Shown: positions 12,496 to 26,138, counted from the first letter of the stretch. The stretch is DNA of 64,000 nucleotides from Eledone cirrhosa (GCA_964016885.1 OZ024743.1:122202001-122266000); one strand, 5' to 3'. The notes: generated by a model from the letters alone, not told the origin. Numbers and translations are program-made.

Positions 12496-13219
12496 AACAA
12501 CCGAAGGGAAGTAAATCTTGAAACACACAGAAGAACGCCTACACGAATGATTTCCCTTTGATGGTTATTCTTATCGGTTTTAAAAGTTGCGACGCGATGA
12601 CAAAGTCTCTACTCGAGCACTCGACTAGCTAAAAATACATTGAATAAAATATGTAAATATATAAAGCCAGACATAAAACACCAACGTATTTGAGCTAACG
12701 ACAAACACAAATCTATAATAAGGCATTGCCAATGAAAAAGAATGAAGAAAGTGTAAAATGAAAACAAAACTTCGTACAAATCCTATAAAGATTCGGAATT
12801 GGCACAGCAGACGATAATTACGTGTTTGTGATTGTGTGCGTATGTGCGCGCGAGTGTATAACCGTTCTTCTAATTATTTACTAGCTACTTTGTTCAATAT
12901 GAAAACATGTCATTCAGCCCATATATTAACTCGCTCTTTATCTCCTTTTTATTCACACAGTTTGTTGTCCAAAGGACCAACGAACCAACACACATCTGGT
13001 ATTATGTATTTGTTGTAGTATTTGTTCAGGCTCTTTACGTTCTGTGTTCAATAGAACAGTACTAGTCAAGTACTGGGGGTTGATTTAATCAACCCTTCCC
13101 TACCTTCAAAATTACTGGCCTTGTGCCTATGTTAGACACCATTATGTATAAAAGATTAGTGTTAAAAGTTTAGTAATGTTTGTTCTAGATTCAAAAAGGA
13201 TATTTATATCAAATACAAC

Positions 13220-14118
13220 TACGAGGGAAATACCAAATGTAAGGTATCCAAAGCGATGGGGACACAGAGAAACTGTTCGTACGGCTGTTGTGATTGGTGC
13301 TTCCTTCACTCCCAAACAAGCATGCGCGCGCTTCGCTGGGATGCTCAATCTTGGCTTGGCAGCCGTTGAGAATGGAGCCCCCGTTGAACGCTACCGCCAA
13401 GTGTGAAGTTCGCGCAGTTATTCGGTTTTTGAACGCAAAAGGCGTTGAACCGATTGAAATTAATCGCCAATTGACGGAAGTGTATGGACAGTCGTGCATG
13501 GATGTCAAAAACGTTCGCAAGTGGTGTAGAGAGTTTACAGCCGGTCGTACTGAAATTCACGACGAACAAAGGAGCGGGAGACCGTCAATTTCCGACGAGA
13601 CAGTCGCAATTTTTCCGTTAAAATCCTGTGGATGGTGCTTCGGGAAACCTCAGGAACCAAAATGCAGAGAGCATCCAGAGTGATCTGCCGATCTTTACGC
13701 ATGTTTTCCTCAACCTTTGCGACTGTCTCGTCGGAAATTGACAGTCTCCCGCTCCTTTGTTCGTCGTGGATTTCAGTACGACCGACTGTAAACTCTCTAC
13801 ACCACTTGCGAACGTTTTTGACATCCATGCACGACTGTCCATACACTTCCGTCAATTGGCGATGAATTTCAATCGGTTCAACGCTTTTTGCGTTCAAAAA
13901 CCGAATAACTGCGCGAACTTCGCTCTTGGCGGTAGCGTTCAACGGGAGCTCCATTCTCAACGGCTACCAAGCCAAGATTGAGCATCCCAGCGAAGCGCGC
14001 GCATGCTTGTTTGGGAGTGAAGGGAGCACCAATCACAACAGTGTTGCCAACAGCCGTACGAACAGTTTCTCTGCGTCCCCATCGCTTTGGAGACCTTACC
14101 TTTGGGATTGCCCGTGTA
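13220..14118. mobile_element. Palindromic mariner derivative made of two head-to-head 5' ends
   Basis: Transposase N-terminus (EVRAVIRFLNAK..EIHDEQRSGRPS) on both strands; arms ~13220-13608 and ~13717-14118; TA at both ends. Confidence 0.9.
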
Positions 14119-14454
14119 TATTAGTTTACAACTAGTTAATGTCGACCATTTATTAGTTTCCATGGCCATCTCCACTGACCTATTTTTTAAGCATAAAATA
14201 ATTTCTTGTGAGATTTTTATATTACAAAATCTTTTATTCAGTTGTATAAAAATATAATATAATGCTTACAGAACGAAAACACAAACACATGTAATACATA
14301 CAAATATAAACGCATAAAAGAGAGTTAAAAATAAAACATAAAAAAGAAGAAAAAATGGAGAGGGGGGGGGGGGGGGGGGCGGAAATCATCACTAAGTGCG
14401 ACAATCGGCCGCACATCACATCACATCACATCTTAGGGGTTAACTAAATACTTT

Positions 14455-14512
14455 GAGGCAAGTCAATACGCTCGTAGCATTGCCACGGGTGATGGCGAGG
14501 CTAAGGCGCTGA
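14455..14512 (+). ncRNA. Degenerate HDV-like ribozyme at the start of a probable LINE 5' UTR (14434-~14680)
   Basis: P1 gaggcaa/uugccac, L3-P3' remnant cucguagca, GG for P1.1, J4/2 CUAA, P2' ggcgcuga; the 5' strand of P3 appears deleted. Confidence 0.45.
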
Positions 14513-14789
14513 AACAACCAGGTACCCTTGCGGGTATCACCTGACAACTCCGTAAGGTGAACCGTCAGCGATGACAAGAACTTCGCTGTCAGTGGACCAA
14601 CTCAACTTACTAGGAGCGAAAACAGAACACGGTGAAACACTTAGGGCGGTGCTCTACTTGACGAGTTATCTTGATACGCTCTACGACAAATGTTTTCATT
14701 ATTAACGATGGGTTAGCAGAATTTTGGACATGTTGCGGCAATTAATTACGAAGCTTTATGTTCTGAGTTCACCTTCCACCCCAAGGTCA

Positions 14790-15195
14790 ACATTGTCATT
14801 TCAACAGAACACCAGTGAAACACTGGGATCGACGTTCCTCCTCCTTCTTCGCCCACTATTCCTGAGAGGGTCGCAAGGGCAGTTCTCAAACACTTCCTCC
14901 AGCGGGTCCTGTCAGAAGTAACCGCCTTCAACTGATCCGGCTGGATCCCCAAGCGTGACAAACCAAGCACATGGATGTTATTCAACAATCTTGCTCGGGG
15001 GTCTACACCTGGGTCTCCTACTTATTGGTTTCGCCCGTAAGATCTGTCTAGCGATCCTTTACTGAGACATTCTAACCACATGTTCATAGTATCGGAGCAG
15101 TGATCACTCAATTCGGAGTAGCAGCTCTACCTGGAGTGACTCCCTGATCTCTGAGCAACGCTCTTTATCGAGTAACGTCACTCCAAAGACCATTC
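14790..15195 (-). mobile_element. RTE LINE 3' fragment
   Basis: LGIQPDQLKAVTSDRTRWRKCL; homologous to 2376-2700. Confidence 0.75.
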
Positions 15196-15946
15196 CTATC
15201 CCTCATAATTGCTGGCCTTCTACTTAAATTAGAAATCATTATTAACGGTTTCAATATTTAACAGAGCGTCTCAATAAATTTCTCTCAATTCCGTGTTGCT
15301 TGAGAAATTGACTTTCAAACTCCAAAACAATTTAGTTGACGTTTAGATATGTCAATGCACAATCTTGTCATATAAAAAAGTCCTAATAAACAAAAGCTAG
15401 TATATTTTCACTCAACTATAAATTATTCTTACCTTAATATTTTGTTGAAATCTATAGTTATAAAGTGATAAATGGTGTGTGAACGCGTTTGTGTATTAAC
15501 CATAGCAACGTTGGAAGTCCGCAGAAAATAGGGTTCGGGTTCTTCGGCTTAGATTGTAAAAATAAAAGATTAATTTTGTAGCCATTCATTAAAATTGTTA
15601 GAATAGATTCATTCTATTTCCGAACACAAGAACTTTAATTAGACAAAGCATTAATCTTTTATTAGTTTCCTTTAACAAATGGGAAGTAAATAAAATATTG
15701 ATTGAAGGGAAGTAACTCTTGTATTTACATAACTAGAAAATAGCTATTTATGCATTCTTCGAACATTAAACAACGCCAGCCGTAAATTTTGAATGGTGAA
15801 TATTTTATTGATCCTAGTGACATGAAAGACAAAATCTATCCCGATTGGCTCAGAATCCAGAACTGTAGGGAACGAAACTAGTTTGTATTCAACAAGCGGT
15901 AAATTTATTTAAAAAAAGCACCCGCTGGGGTTCACTAATCTCTCTA

Positions 15947-16995
15947 TCTAGGGCGGGTAAATTCCCGAGATCCATGGACGTGTTCTCTCCAACGGTCTCT
16001 GTCCTTCATCATCCGTGCAAGGTCCTGCGTCTCCCAGAGACCAGTGTCTGTCCTTAGGGCATCAATATATATCAACCTCAGTCTCCCTCATCTAGTGTGT
16101 CCGTGTAGGGGCTCCCACAGAAGCACCGTGTGCAGTGTCAACTGAATGTCGGTGAGCATGTCCAGCTAACCTCAGTCTCCTCTGTGTTACTTTTGGTAGG
16201 CTCCCGTACAGCTCTGAGTTCTTCATCCTCAGTGTATACTGATTAATATTCAGAGCCATCCCCAGCATTTTCGTGTTGCACCCATCCACCATCTGAGTGA
16301 GTTTCTTGGTCAGTGTCCAAGTCTCAGACCCATACAGTAGCACAGACTACTCTACTGTAGCAATGGAGAGACGGATCTTCAGGTCTTTACGAAGGTCCGA
16401 CTTCCACACTGATCTCAAACTCTGGCACGCCACTCAAGCTTTGCTCTTTCTCTCAACCACATCATCCTCTTTGCTCCCAGATACAAGAAGTCCTCAACCA
16501 ACTCTAGCGGCTTCCTGCCTACATTCATAATCTTCTCTGGCTTCTTAATGTTCTCTACCAGATACTTCGTCTTACTCTCATTCCTTCTCAACCCCACACT
16601 CATCAACACAGTCTTCACCTCTTGCATCAACTCCTCTGCCTCCTTCACTGTGTTTGTCACCAGAACTATGTCATCAGCAAATTCAGCATCTGATATCTTT
16701 TTAGCCTTAACTCTCCTGCTCTGAGCCAGTGCTACAGTAAAGCCAGAGTCCTGGTGTTTCTCCAGCGCAAGGTGCATACAATAGTCCACTGCGATGATAA
16801 AAAGTTAGGGAGCCAATGTATCTCCCTGGAGCACTCGAGCCAGTATCTCAAAGAACTCTATCATCCCATCAGGTGTAATGACTTGGGCTCTGGTGTTGGT
16901 GTAGAGGAGTGATATCAGGTCCACTATCTTCTTGGGGATTCCATAAGCCTGTAAAATCTTCATTAGGCAGTGGTGGTCCACAGAATCAAAGGGGT
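15947..16995 (-). mobile_element. RTE-like LINE fragment (family X), frameshifted RT
   Basis: VLQGDTLAP, DAEFADDIVL, LLYGSETWTLT, QRRLRLAGHAHRH. Confidence 0.9.
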
Positions 16996-17274
16996 TTACT
17001 AAAAAAATATTTTTTTCTAGGTTTTTGGTGTATTTTCATCTAATCTGACCTCCCATATACTTGTAATAGACTTTTCCCCCCTGAAAATGGAATTGGGATG
17101 ATGTGGGAGGACTCTCGGATTTTCCAGCATTTGAGATTTCTTCGGTGGAATGGAGTTAGGTGTAAAAGCCAAACTCGCTATCTTCAATTTGGTATTCGTG
17201 CCAACCCTTGGGTAATGATTGAAAGAATACAATCACGAATACAAGTGGCCAAAATGAGGTTCATCTGAAGGATC

Positions 17275-17590
17275 TTTGGTGTAACATTATTCGATAGAGT
17301 GCATACCTTGGAAATCAGAGGGTCACTCCAGGTAGAGCCACTACTTCTCTGAATTGAGAGATCACAGCTCCCATACTATGGGTATGTGGTTAGAATGTCT
17401 CAGGAAAGAATTGCCAGCAGGAGACCCAGGAGTAGACCCCGAGCAAGATGGTTGGATAACATCCATTAGCTTGGCTGGTCTCACTTGGGGATCCAGCTGG
17501 ATCAGTTGGAGTCCGTTGATTCTGACAGGACCCGCTGTAAGGAGTGTTTGTAGACTCTGCCATCATGACTCTCTCAAGAATAAGTGGGCG
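17275..17590 (+). mobile_element. RTE LINE 3' fragment
   Basis: Homologous to 14790-15195 in the opposite orientation; (gaa)n tail. Confidence 0.75.
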
Positions 17591-17879
17591 AAGAAGAAGA
17601 AGAAAGAAGAAGGAATTATTTTTCTTTTCTAGGTTTTTTCCGTTTGTTTTTGACTGATCTGACTCACTCGATAACAATTCTCTTTTCCAAAAATGGAGGT
17701 GGAAGGGAGGGGGACCCTTGGGGTTACAGTTAAGCACCTCTCACTCGTTTAAATGCATATAAAAGCACCCACTGGGAATCGCTTAGAAATATTTTTTTCC
17801 TAGTTCTTTTTTTTTTTTTTTCTAATCTGACCTTCGACCTGTTCGCAATCGAATGTTTTCGGAAAAAAGTCGATTGCAA

Positions 17880-18250
17880 GAAAGTCTAAATATAAAATCC
17901 TTGAGATTGAGATCTTCAGAATGTGAGATGTGGCCGCCCAAACCATACCAGTAGTGATTGGGCACTTGGGTTAATGAAAAAGAAACTGGAAAAATTCACC
18001 AAAGAAATCCCAGGAAACACCACTCTACAAGAACTCCCTAAAACAACCCTCCTATCAACAGCACATATACTACAGAGTATGCTGTCCTGAAAATAACACC
18101 ATGTGCCTTGTATATCCTCACAACCATGGTTCACATCAGGTGATACAAGATGAAAACAAAAGACTCCAAAGTAATAATAATAATGGTGAAGATGATGATG
18201 ATGATGATGATGATGTTGATGAAGATGATGTTGATGATGATGATGAGGAT
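17880..18250 (+). mobile_element. R4/Dong-like non-LTR 3' end with (TAA)n/(GAT)n tail
   Basis: Hand translation TIPVVIGALGLMKKKLEKF..IPG..LQELPKTTLLSTAHIL, typical of RLE-type element C-termini. Confidence 0.7.
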
Positions 18251-18269
18251 AACAACAAAATATTGAATG

Positions 18270-20000
18270 ATTGAGAAATCTGTTTAATGATCTTGGATTC
18301 AATAAGATGCTGCTGAATCTTTGGAATATAGAGAGAATTTGTTTATCAAATGAAACAGCCAAAGTAAACCATGCAATGATATATATGGTATAACCAACTT
18401 GAGAAAGTAAATTAGTGCTTCAGGGTTTCTGGTGGGTGAGTGATTAGGTATTAAGTAAACGGAAAGGAAGAAATGTAAGGAACTCTAGTGGAAGATAAGA
18501 TTGGAATGTAATATAACACAACCCAGAAAATATCCAGGTAAAATGGATGGATGCATGGCATGATGGAAGAAGTGAAACAGCAAATTAAGGCAAAATCTAA
18601 TTGGGTTAGGAACTTTATAGATATATTCAAGAACAATATGAATAGAACAGATTGTTTTCTGCAAATGAGAAAATGTTCTTTAGAACACCGAGGAAAATGG
18701 TACTGAAGAATCCACATAATTTTGGTCAAATTCTTTGGGTAATTACAAAAGAGCATAACAAAGATGTGAGATGGATAAATGAAGTTGAGCATAAGTTATC
18801 TAATGAACCAAAACAGAGATGGGATAGAATTTCAAAGATGTTCAAAGGCAAATTAGGAAAATGCCAAACTGGAAATCTCCTGGACTGAAAAGATTTAAAA
18901 GAATTAATGTAAGACTAAAAGACTGTGTAGTACTAGGAGAAGTTCCAAGTTGGATGGTTGAAGGAAAGACAACTTTGACAATGAAGGATAAAAGGAAGGG
19001 TCCATTAGTTGGAAATTGCAGGTCGATTGCTTGCTTGAATTTGTTCTGGAAACTGTTGACTGGCATCTTTATTAAAAAAAATATATGATCACTTGCTTCA
19101 GAATGAGATGCTACCTGTCAAGCAGAAGGGGTGTAGGAAAAATTCCCTTGGAACCAATGACCATCTTGCTGTTGATCATGAATAATTGCAAAAGACGTCT
19201 AAAGAATTTATGCATGGCTTGGATATACTTTAAGAAAGCCTTTGACATGGTCCCACATTCATGGGTACTGAAATGTTTGATAATGTTTAGGATAGCAGAC
19301 TGAGTTATTAATGTAATGGAGTTTAGCATACCTTTATGGAAGACAAACCTGTATACAGGAAATAAACAGTTAGGTGAGGTCAATATAAGAAGAGGAATAT
19401 TTCAAGGAGATTCCTTCTTACCATTGCTCTTTGGGATTGTCATGATTCTACTATCAATGGTCTTATCGGCGGTAGACATTGGCTATAAGATGGAAAACAG
19501 AAGACCTAAGATCAATCATCAAGCTCTTTGGCAGGAATGAATTTTAGGATGATTCACTGATCAAAACTGTCCACTGATGTGGTTTGGACATTCGGATGGA
19601 GTTTGGTATCGCAAAGTGTGCCATCCTTACTATGAAGAGAGGTAGGCATATACATAAGGGTGGGATTGAGTTACCTGATTGAGAATCAATTAGTGACTAT
19701 GAGGATAGTGGGTACACATATCTGGACATTGGAGCTTGACAAAGTTCTAAATGAGAAGATGAAAAGAAATGTGAAGGAAGTCTATCTAAATAAGTAAGAA
19801 CTGCTGCTGAAAACGAAAATGAATGGGAAGAACTTAATTACTGCTATCAATGTCTAGGTTTTTCCAGTTGTTAGATATAGTGCGACTATTTTGATTTGGA
19901 CCAAAAAAGAAATAGAGAAGTTGGATCGGCTAATGCAAAAGAAAATGGTTGACAATTGTGCATTGCACCCAAAGGCAAATGTCATAAGGCTATAATCTCT
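18270..20000 (+). mobile_element. R4/Dong-like reverse transcriptase, pseudogenised
   Basis: RSIACLNLFWKLLTGI, MAWIYFKKAFDMVPHSW, IRRGIFQGDSFLPLLF in shifted frames. Confidence 0.85.
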
Positions 20001-20559
20001 CTCTCTCTTCCCCTTTAGTGACCACTGGTACAGCTTCAAAAGAACCAGATATATCAGAGTTCTGCTCTCTCATGCCATTCCTCCAATGGACCCTCACCTT
20101 TGAAGACATCAGCAAAACATTTTCCCATTTTATGACAAAAAATCTCTTGAGGAAACACTGGCACCATTTGATTCTACTCTTTTGGTTCAGAAGCTTCTTG
20201 TCAGATTGTGTCTTTGTGGGGCCATTAACTCTAAAATGCACAAAGGCTTGATTATGCTTCTCACACAGTTCTTTGTTAGCTGTTATCTTTAATAATACTC
20301 ACTCCTCTGTTGATGAATAACACGCCTTTCAACTCCACCATAACCTTCTTGCAGACTGCTGACATCCACATCCAACCTAAACACCTCCTGTTAAATCTGC
20401 ACTGCCCCAACAAACCTTGAAAACATTCTCACATGAGCAAATGATAACCTTGCCTTCTTGAACATCACAAAGACATATTTAATGCACTGCACGCACCAAG
20501 GAAACAATATTCTACATTACTTTGTTTAATCATGTATAACATGATTAAAGAAAGTGGTG

Positions 20560-21060
20560 TAGAATATTAGAAACCTCAAACTTATGAAAGCTAAATCTCA
20601 CCGCCTCTCACATATACAACACAACAAAATTTGAGCCCCAAAGACACACTTTCTTCTTTAGAACTAGAAAATACTGTAGACTGCTTATGCTCTACAAGCT
20701 CATGTGAATCTCCCATAATAATACTGTTGGCACATTTGGAATAGTGCAGCTGCTATGCACAAAAACATCCTAGAGCACACTCCCACCAAGTCGTCCAGCT
20801 GATTGGTAAGAACTTAATCAGCAACACACTTCAAGTGTTCACATACATGCTGTCTCACCAATCTTCCGCTTCTACACCTATCAAAGTAGTCTCTGTTCTT
20901 AAGAGCCAGCTAATTGCATGTCACCATCATCCAAAACCTCCCACAAAACATATCTATTTACCAATCCTATTTACTTCTCCTCTACATTATTTTACAATTG
21001 TTGACATCAAGCTGAACATCAACTGTATCAATCTTTACCATTCACAGAGGTTATAGTCTC
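20560..21060 (+). mobile_element. Old CR1/Jockey-like LINE 3' fragment
   Basis: Degenerate LYK..YCWHIWNSAAA motif found by hand translation. Confidence 0.45.
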
Positions 21061-21475
21061 ACAGAGTTATAGTCTCTCGACCATACAAAAGTCATACAAA
21101 AAAAAAAAAATTATTTTCCAAAGGTTGGTCATTATAAATGAAAATAAAACATTAACATGAAAATCTTTAAAGCAATTAACGCCCAAGGTAGATAACTCAA
21201 AAATATTTTTTGTGAGTTATCTCCCCATGTTTTCACATTTCCTGCTTGACAGACATTTTTGACAAGATCTTATGTTTACAGGAAAGAAGAAAGATAGTTG
21301 AACGTTCATTGTCTCCCCGAAAGTGTAAGTATATAAAAAAAAAAAAAATCAACGCTCTTCTCCCTCTCTACCCCCTCGCCCTCCCCACCGCTTTCTCTCT
21401 CAGTATTTAATTTATATATAGTCATCAAAGTTTGTATTCATTGCGTTTACCACACCCAGTTTTAACACCTCTTTA

Positions 21476-22022
21476 CCACGGTCGACGCCAGCTGGTTCCA
21501 GTCGGCTGTGTCGAGGATCCTTCTGATGATATCATTTAGAGCGGCGTGTCGAGGAACCGGCCCGTGCTATGGCAGGTGTAGACCGAACTCATCAACAACA
21601 GCCCCACAACGGCATTTCTGTGGCTCACACACACGCACGGAGGCAGAGACGCTGGGTTACTCCGATGCGAGTGCATTCATCACCAAGAAGGGTATCGGTT
21701 AATGAGAAAGGTACCTAATTAAGCCATGCGCCACTGTTTAGTTGCGAGGGTAATCGAAAGCAGGCGAGACGGTGTTGATCTAAAGAAAACTCAATCTGCT
21801 CGAAGGTGGACCTGCATTTGATGTCGTCCCAGTTACATCTGTATACTGAGGGTAGGAGGCCTTCGTCGGTCCAATCGATCAGAGCTGACTCCAGTGCCTG
21901 GGACGCGCCAGGTTCTGCCGTCTTGCCGAGTACCTCGTTGATGAAAATGTGACTGGAGGAAATTGAGTAGGGATAGGCCAGCAGTGTCAGGTCAGAAGTG
22001 GATTTGAGGTCGAGGCCACCAA
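21476..22022 (-). mobile_element. CRE-clade non-LTR retrotransposon fragment (post-RT, zinc knuckle/RLE region)
   Basis: Minus frames: GLDLKSTSDLTLLAY, SGAWLN, CEPQKCRCGAVVDEFGLH, RHAALNDIIRRIL, LEPAGVDRG. Confidence 0.75.
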
Positions 22023-22569
22023 GAAAAATGTGTCATAGCTCTGTAGATAAGGAATCGGTACATAGGATAGATTTTAGAAGGCTGATTGGTGGTAGTAGTA
22101 GGTGCACCCTCGGTACTAAAAGTAAATACTGAAGTCGGAGCTAAGATATTTTTTTTTATTGTTTAGTCTAGAGGAAGAACAGTGCCCATGGACCCTTTTA
22201 GGGCTTCCGAGACTGGAAGGAGGGAGGGTGGTGTTTTCAAACCGGAAATCTGATCCGAATGCATGCAAAAGATTGGACTCGCTGAAGATATACAAAAGCC
22301 AGTTTTTAGTGTTAAAACGAGGACCAATTAAGTCTACCATTCAGGTATGCCATGGCCTAATTTTAATTCAGAATGCAAAGAGCCTGAACAAATACAGCAA
22401 TTCATCCCATTCGACTCTCTAACGACTCAGTCTGTCTATCATTCTATATTATTTTATCGACTCTTGAAGGATGTAAATCGAAATTCATCTTGGATTTGAA
22501 CTCAGAACGCAAGAAAGCTGGTATAAATCGCTAGATGCTTACGAATTTTCCAACAAATATTAATTTAAT

Positions 22570-22744
22570 TACCGTATTTCCCGGTGTCGAAGATGCTACT
22601 TTTTTCCTAAAATAAGTCTAAAAAAATCTACCATGCATTTTGGAGGCCGAAGGTTGTTTATTATTTATTTTTTCAAATTTTTGGTTGTCAAAATTAGAGT
22701 GCGTCCTCGACGACGAAGTGTCTTCGGCGCCGGGAAATACGGTA
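22570..22744. mobile_element. Tc1/pogo-type MITE
   Basis: TIRs taccgtatttcccggtgtcgaaga / tcttcggcgccgggaaatacggta with TA ends. Confidence 0.8.
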
Positions 22745-23235
22745 AACCCGTAGCGAGGAGGAGAAAAAAACCCCAGAAATATTCTCAGCGTAATAATTAA
22801 TTTTGATCAAGTAATGCACTTAACCTAAATCAGCCATTATACTGATGTCTTTTTGTTCTTGATTGAAATTAATTAATTGATTAGAATTTCTAGGTCCACT
22901 AGATGAAATACGTTAGCATCCACTTAAGTAATCATTTCAGTAGTGGAAACTTCGTTAATTATACATACAAGAACTGGAACTGGGTAAGGGGAGGGGAGAC
23001 AGGACGGGGAGCATAGCTGGCCTTTCCAGTAATTATATTTTTCTCCCTAAACTACCTAAACACACATCTATTTGTATATGCGCTACAATTTATATGCATG
23101 TAATGTTTATCGCATATCGAACTTTTTTATATCTTGGTTGATATTTGATAATAATAGCTAAAGTAATAACAACTAAATTGACCAAATTAGCACCCCCCCC
23201 CCCAAATGCAGAAATGCCTCCACCACCTTTGCAAG

Positions 23236-23271
<36 letters not shown>

Positions 23272-23272
<1 letters not shown>

Positions 23273-23485
23273 CAAGTTGGCAAAATTGGTAGAGCGTCGG
23301 ACAAAATGCCATTGCGGCATTTGTTTTGTCTCTTAACGTTCTGAGTTTAAATCTCACCAAGGTCAACTTTACCTTTCATCCTTCCAGGGTCGGTAAAATA
23401 AAGTACCAGTCAAGTACTGTAGTTAATTTAATTAACTTTGCACTTCCTTTAAAATTGCTGTCCTTGAACATAAATTAGAAACCAC
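23272..23485 (+). mobile_element. tRNA-derived SINE (diverged)
   Basis: Same core as the 8377 SINE. Confidence 0.75.
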
Positions 23486-23869
23486 TTATACATGCAAAGG
23501 AACTTAGCGATGTTATGGGCCTTAGAATGTTAAGTGTTTTTGACTGGAACTCATTGTCGTGCAGAAATAGCGTGTGTATTGCCAAATCGCTGACTATATG
23601 TCAACCCCTTATCCATTTGGTCGTCTGCAGCATAGTCATTTGAAAATCAATTATATTCCTCCCCACTGATGTCATAGCTGTCACTTCATCTTTCCATTGA
23701 CATTCATTGAAACCCATGTTTGAGTTCAATTTTTCTTTTGCTTTTGTAGTCGCCGTCTTCAATAAGATAGAACACAGAAATAATTATTGTAATACAAAGT
23801 GCCCAAAAATCATTAGATCATTTAAAAATAAATAACATTTTAACAATTAATTTTTAATAAATAAAAGAG

Positions 23870-24110
23870 TTATGTTTTGAAATGGCCTCGTGACATTTGG
23901 ACCACCCTATATTAGAGATGTTACCCAATAAACTATATTTTATAGAATCCCCTCCTTGAAACACCCAATTAAAATATAATAACCTTTTTACAATTAATTT
24001 TTATTATAGTTTGAAATGGCTTCGTGACTTTCGGGCCACCCTATATTAGAAATGTTACCTACTAAACTATATTTTACAGAACCCCTCTTTGAAACACCAA
24101 ATTAAAATAT
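23870..24110. repeat. Tandem duplication of a ~135-bp unit
   Basis: tttgaaatggc.tcgtgac..ccaccctatattaga.atgttacc..gaaacacc.aattaaaatataa occurs twice. Confidence 0.75.
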
Positions 24111-24731
24111 AAAATATTATTTTATAGGATAGGAAAAAAACATTTCATTATTCTATATAGTGTCGACTGTATGATTTTTTTTTTGTCAATAAGCTTCAAC
24201 ACATATTTTTGTAATGATAGATGTTTACTGTAATTCAGCAATTCAATTTCTTTGATGTTTAACTGCTAAGTAATGATGAAAGAAAACTTCAAAGCGTAAA
24301 TTTTCTTTTTTCCATTTTTAACAATTTTAGCAAGACGTTTATTACGTACTTCTCTTCTCTCTAAACATACACAAAACGACATAGACTTTGAAGAGTACTA
24401 GTTAAATGACATACAAGTAATCGATATTTTATTTGCATGAGTAAAAAAATAAAGTAGCTATCTGTCTGGTTTTATTTTTATGCACAAAAAAACTGTGTGC
24501 CGTTCCTTATTATGTAATTTAGATATTCCACAGTTGAATTTCACAATAATTTGTACGCTTAAAATATGCCAATAACTATTTTCGTTTGGAAAAATGCTCT
24601 TCATCATTATAATCAGAAATCAAACATTTTGCGTAGATAAAATATTGGACATTTTATTCTATCGTTGAGCTGTGTTACGGTCAATGAAATCCATCGATAG
24701 AAAAACATACTTTATTACTAAAATTCAAATG

Positions 24732-25060
24732 GGTTGGTAGAATTGACAGAGCATCGGATAAAATACTATTGCGGTATTTGTTCTGGTTCTTTACACTTTG
24801 AATTCAAATCCTGCCTAGGCCAACTTTGTCTTTCATCATTCAGCATATTTGTTGACTTGTGCTTCAAGGTCTGGATTCTTGGTTCAATGTTGGCTGTAAG
24901 AGTCCAGTTCTTGCATCTAAACAGAAAGATAAAAGTCACTAGGGTCTCGTACAATTTGAGCCTTGTTGGAAAACTAAGGTACCAGTCAAGTACTGAGGTT
25001 AATCTAATCAAATTTTTCTTCCCCCCAAATTTGCTAGCCTTGTGCATAAACTGGAAATCA
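24732..25060 (+). mobile_element. SINE interrupted by ~120 bp of unrelated sequence
   Basis: SINE head at 24732-24845, 3' part resumes at ~24965. Confidence 0.6.
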
Positions 25061-25175
25061 ATATTAAAGTTCAACAGCAGAATAAACAACAAAAACGTCA
25101 CAAGTGGACTCACATTTCTGTGATATTTATTGCCATAAGATTTACGACTGCAAAATCTTTGCTTTTTAATAATGA

Positions 25176-25394
25176 TTTCTAGTATAGGCACAAGGCCAGT
25201 AATTTGGAGTGGAGGGGGGAAAGTCGATTAAATCGACCCCAGTACGTTACTGGTGCTTTATTTTATCGACCCCGTAAGGATGAAAGGCAAAGTTAACCAC
25301 GGCGCGATTTGAACTCAGAACGCAAAAGACCGTAACTCTATGCTGCAAAGCATGGTGTCCGACTCTCTACCGATACTGCCAATCCACCGCCCTT
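25176..25394 (-). mobile_element. tRNA-derived SINE with TSD
   Basis: SINE core; TSD ttgctttttaataatga. Confidence 0.85.
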
Positions 25395-25952
25395 TTGCTT
25401 TTTAATAATGAAATTACTTTAAAATAACCTCAAATACTAACAATTTGTAATAATAATATTCTTTAATGTACCAACGCCTAATAAAATATAAAAGAAAGGC
25501 ATATGTGACATCTACATTCTTGATAACTTCCTGTTCATTTGTTTTATATATATAGAAAATATTTTTCGGTTGTGGAAATATTTTAAAATATATTCTGCCA
25601 ATGTTATAGGTAATGTCAGTTGGCTTTCATGACAATTACTTTTTCTGTCAGGAGTGACATACATTTTTCTTCAAGTCTGCAGACATTTTATTAATGGAAA
25701 ATCGATTTACAAATTTCATTCAGTGTTTCTGTAAGACATTGTTTAGAGATATCGAAATCATTCATCTCCTCAATCTTGGACAACTGGCAACTAATATTTT
25801 GTTTATATTCAGATTAGAACCATGTCTTTTCGCCATTAATATACTTTGTGTGAGAGAATGGTGTTGGCATGTCGCTTGCAAAACCATTTATAATTGAAAC
25901 AGCAGCTGCTTAGCAGCAAACATAGACATTACTTATTTAGTTAAGATATAAT

Positions 25953-26138
25953 TGTTTCTACTTTTTGGCACAAAGCCATCAATTACCCAGTACATCACTG
26001 GTACTTTATTTTAACGACCCCGTAAGGATGAAAGGCAAAGTTAACCTCGGCGGGATTTGAACTCAGACCGTAAAGGGACGTAACTATGCTGGAAAGCATG
26101 GCGTCGGACCCTCTACCAATACTGCCAATCCACCGCCC
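25953..26138 (-). mobile_element. tRNA-derived SINE with TSD
   Basis: SINE core; TSD tttagttaagatataat. Confidence 0.85.

Noticed and set aside
21520-21545. CUGAUGA inside the CRE fragment (also at ~52409)
   Set aside because: Chance match with no HHR stems
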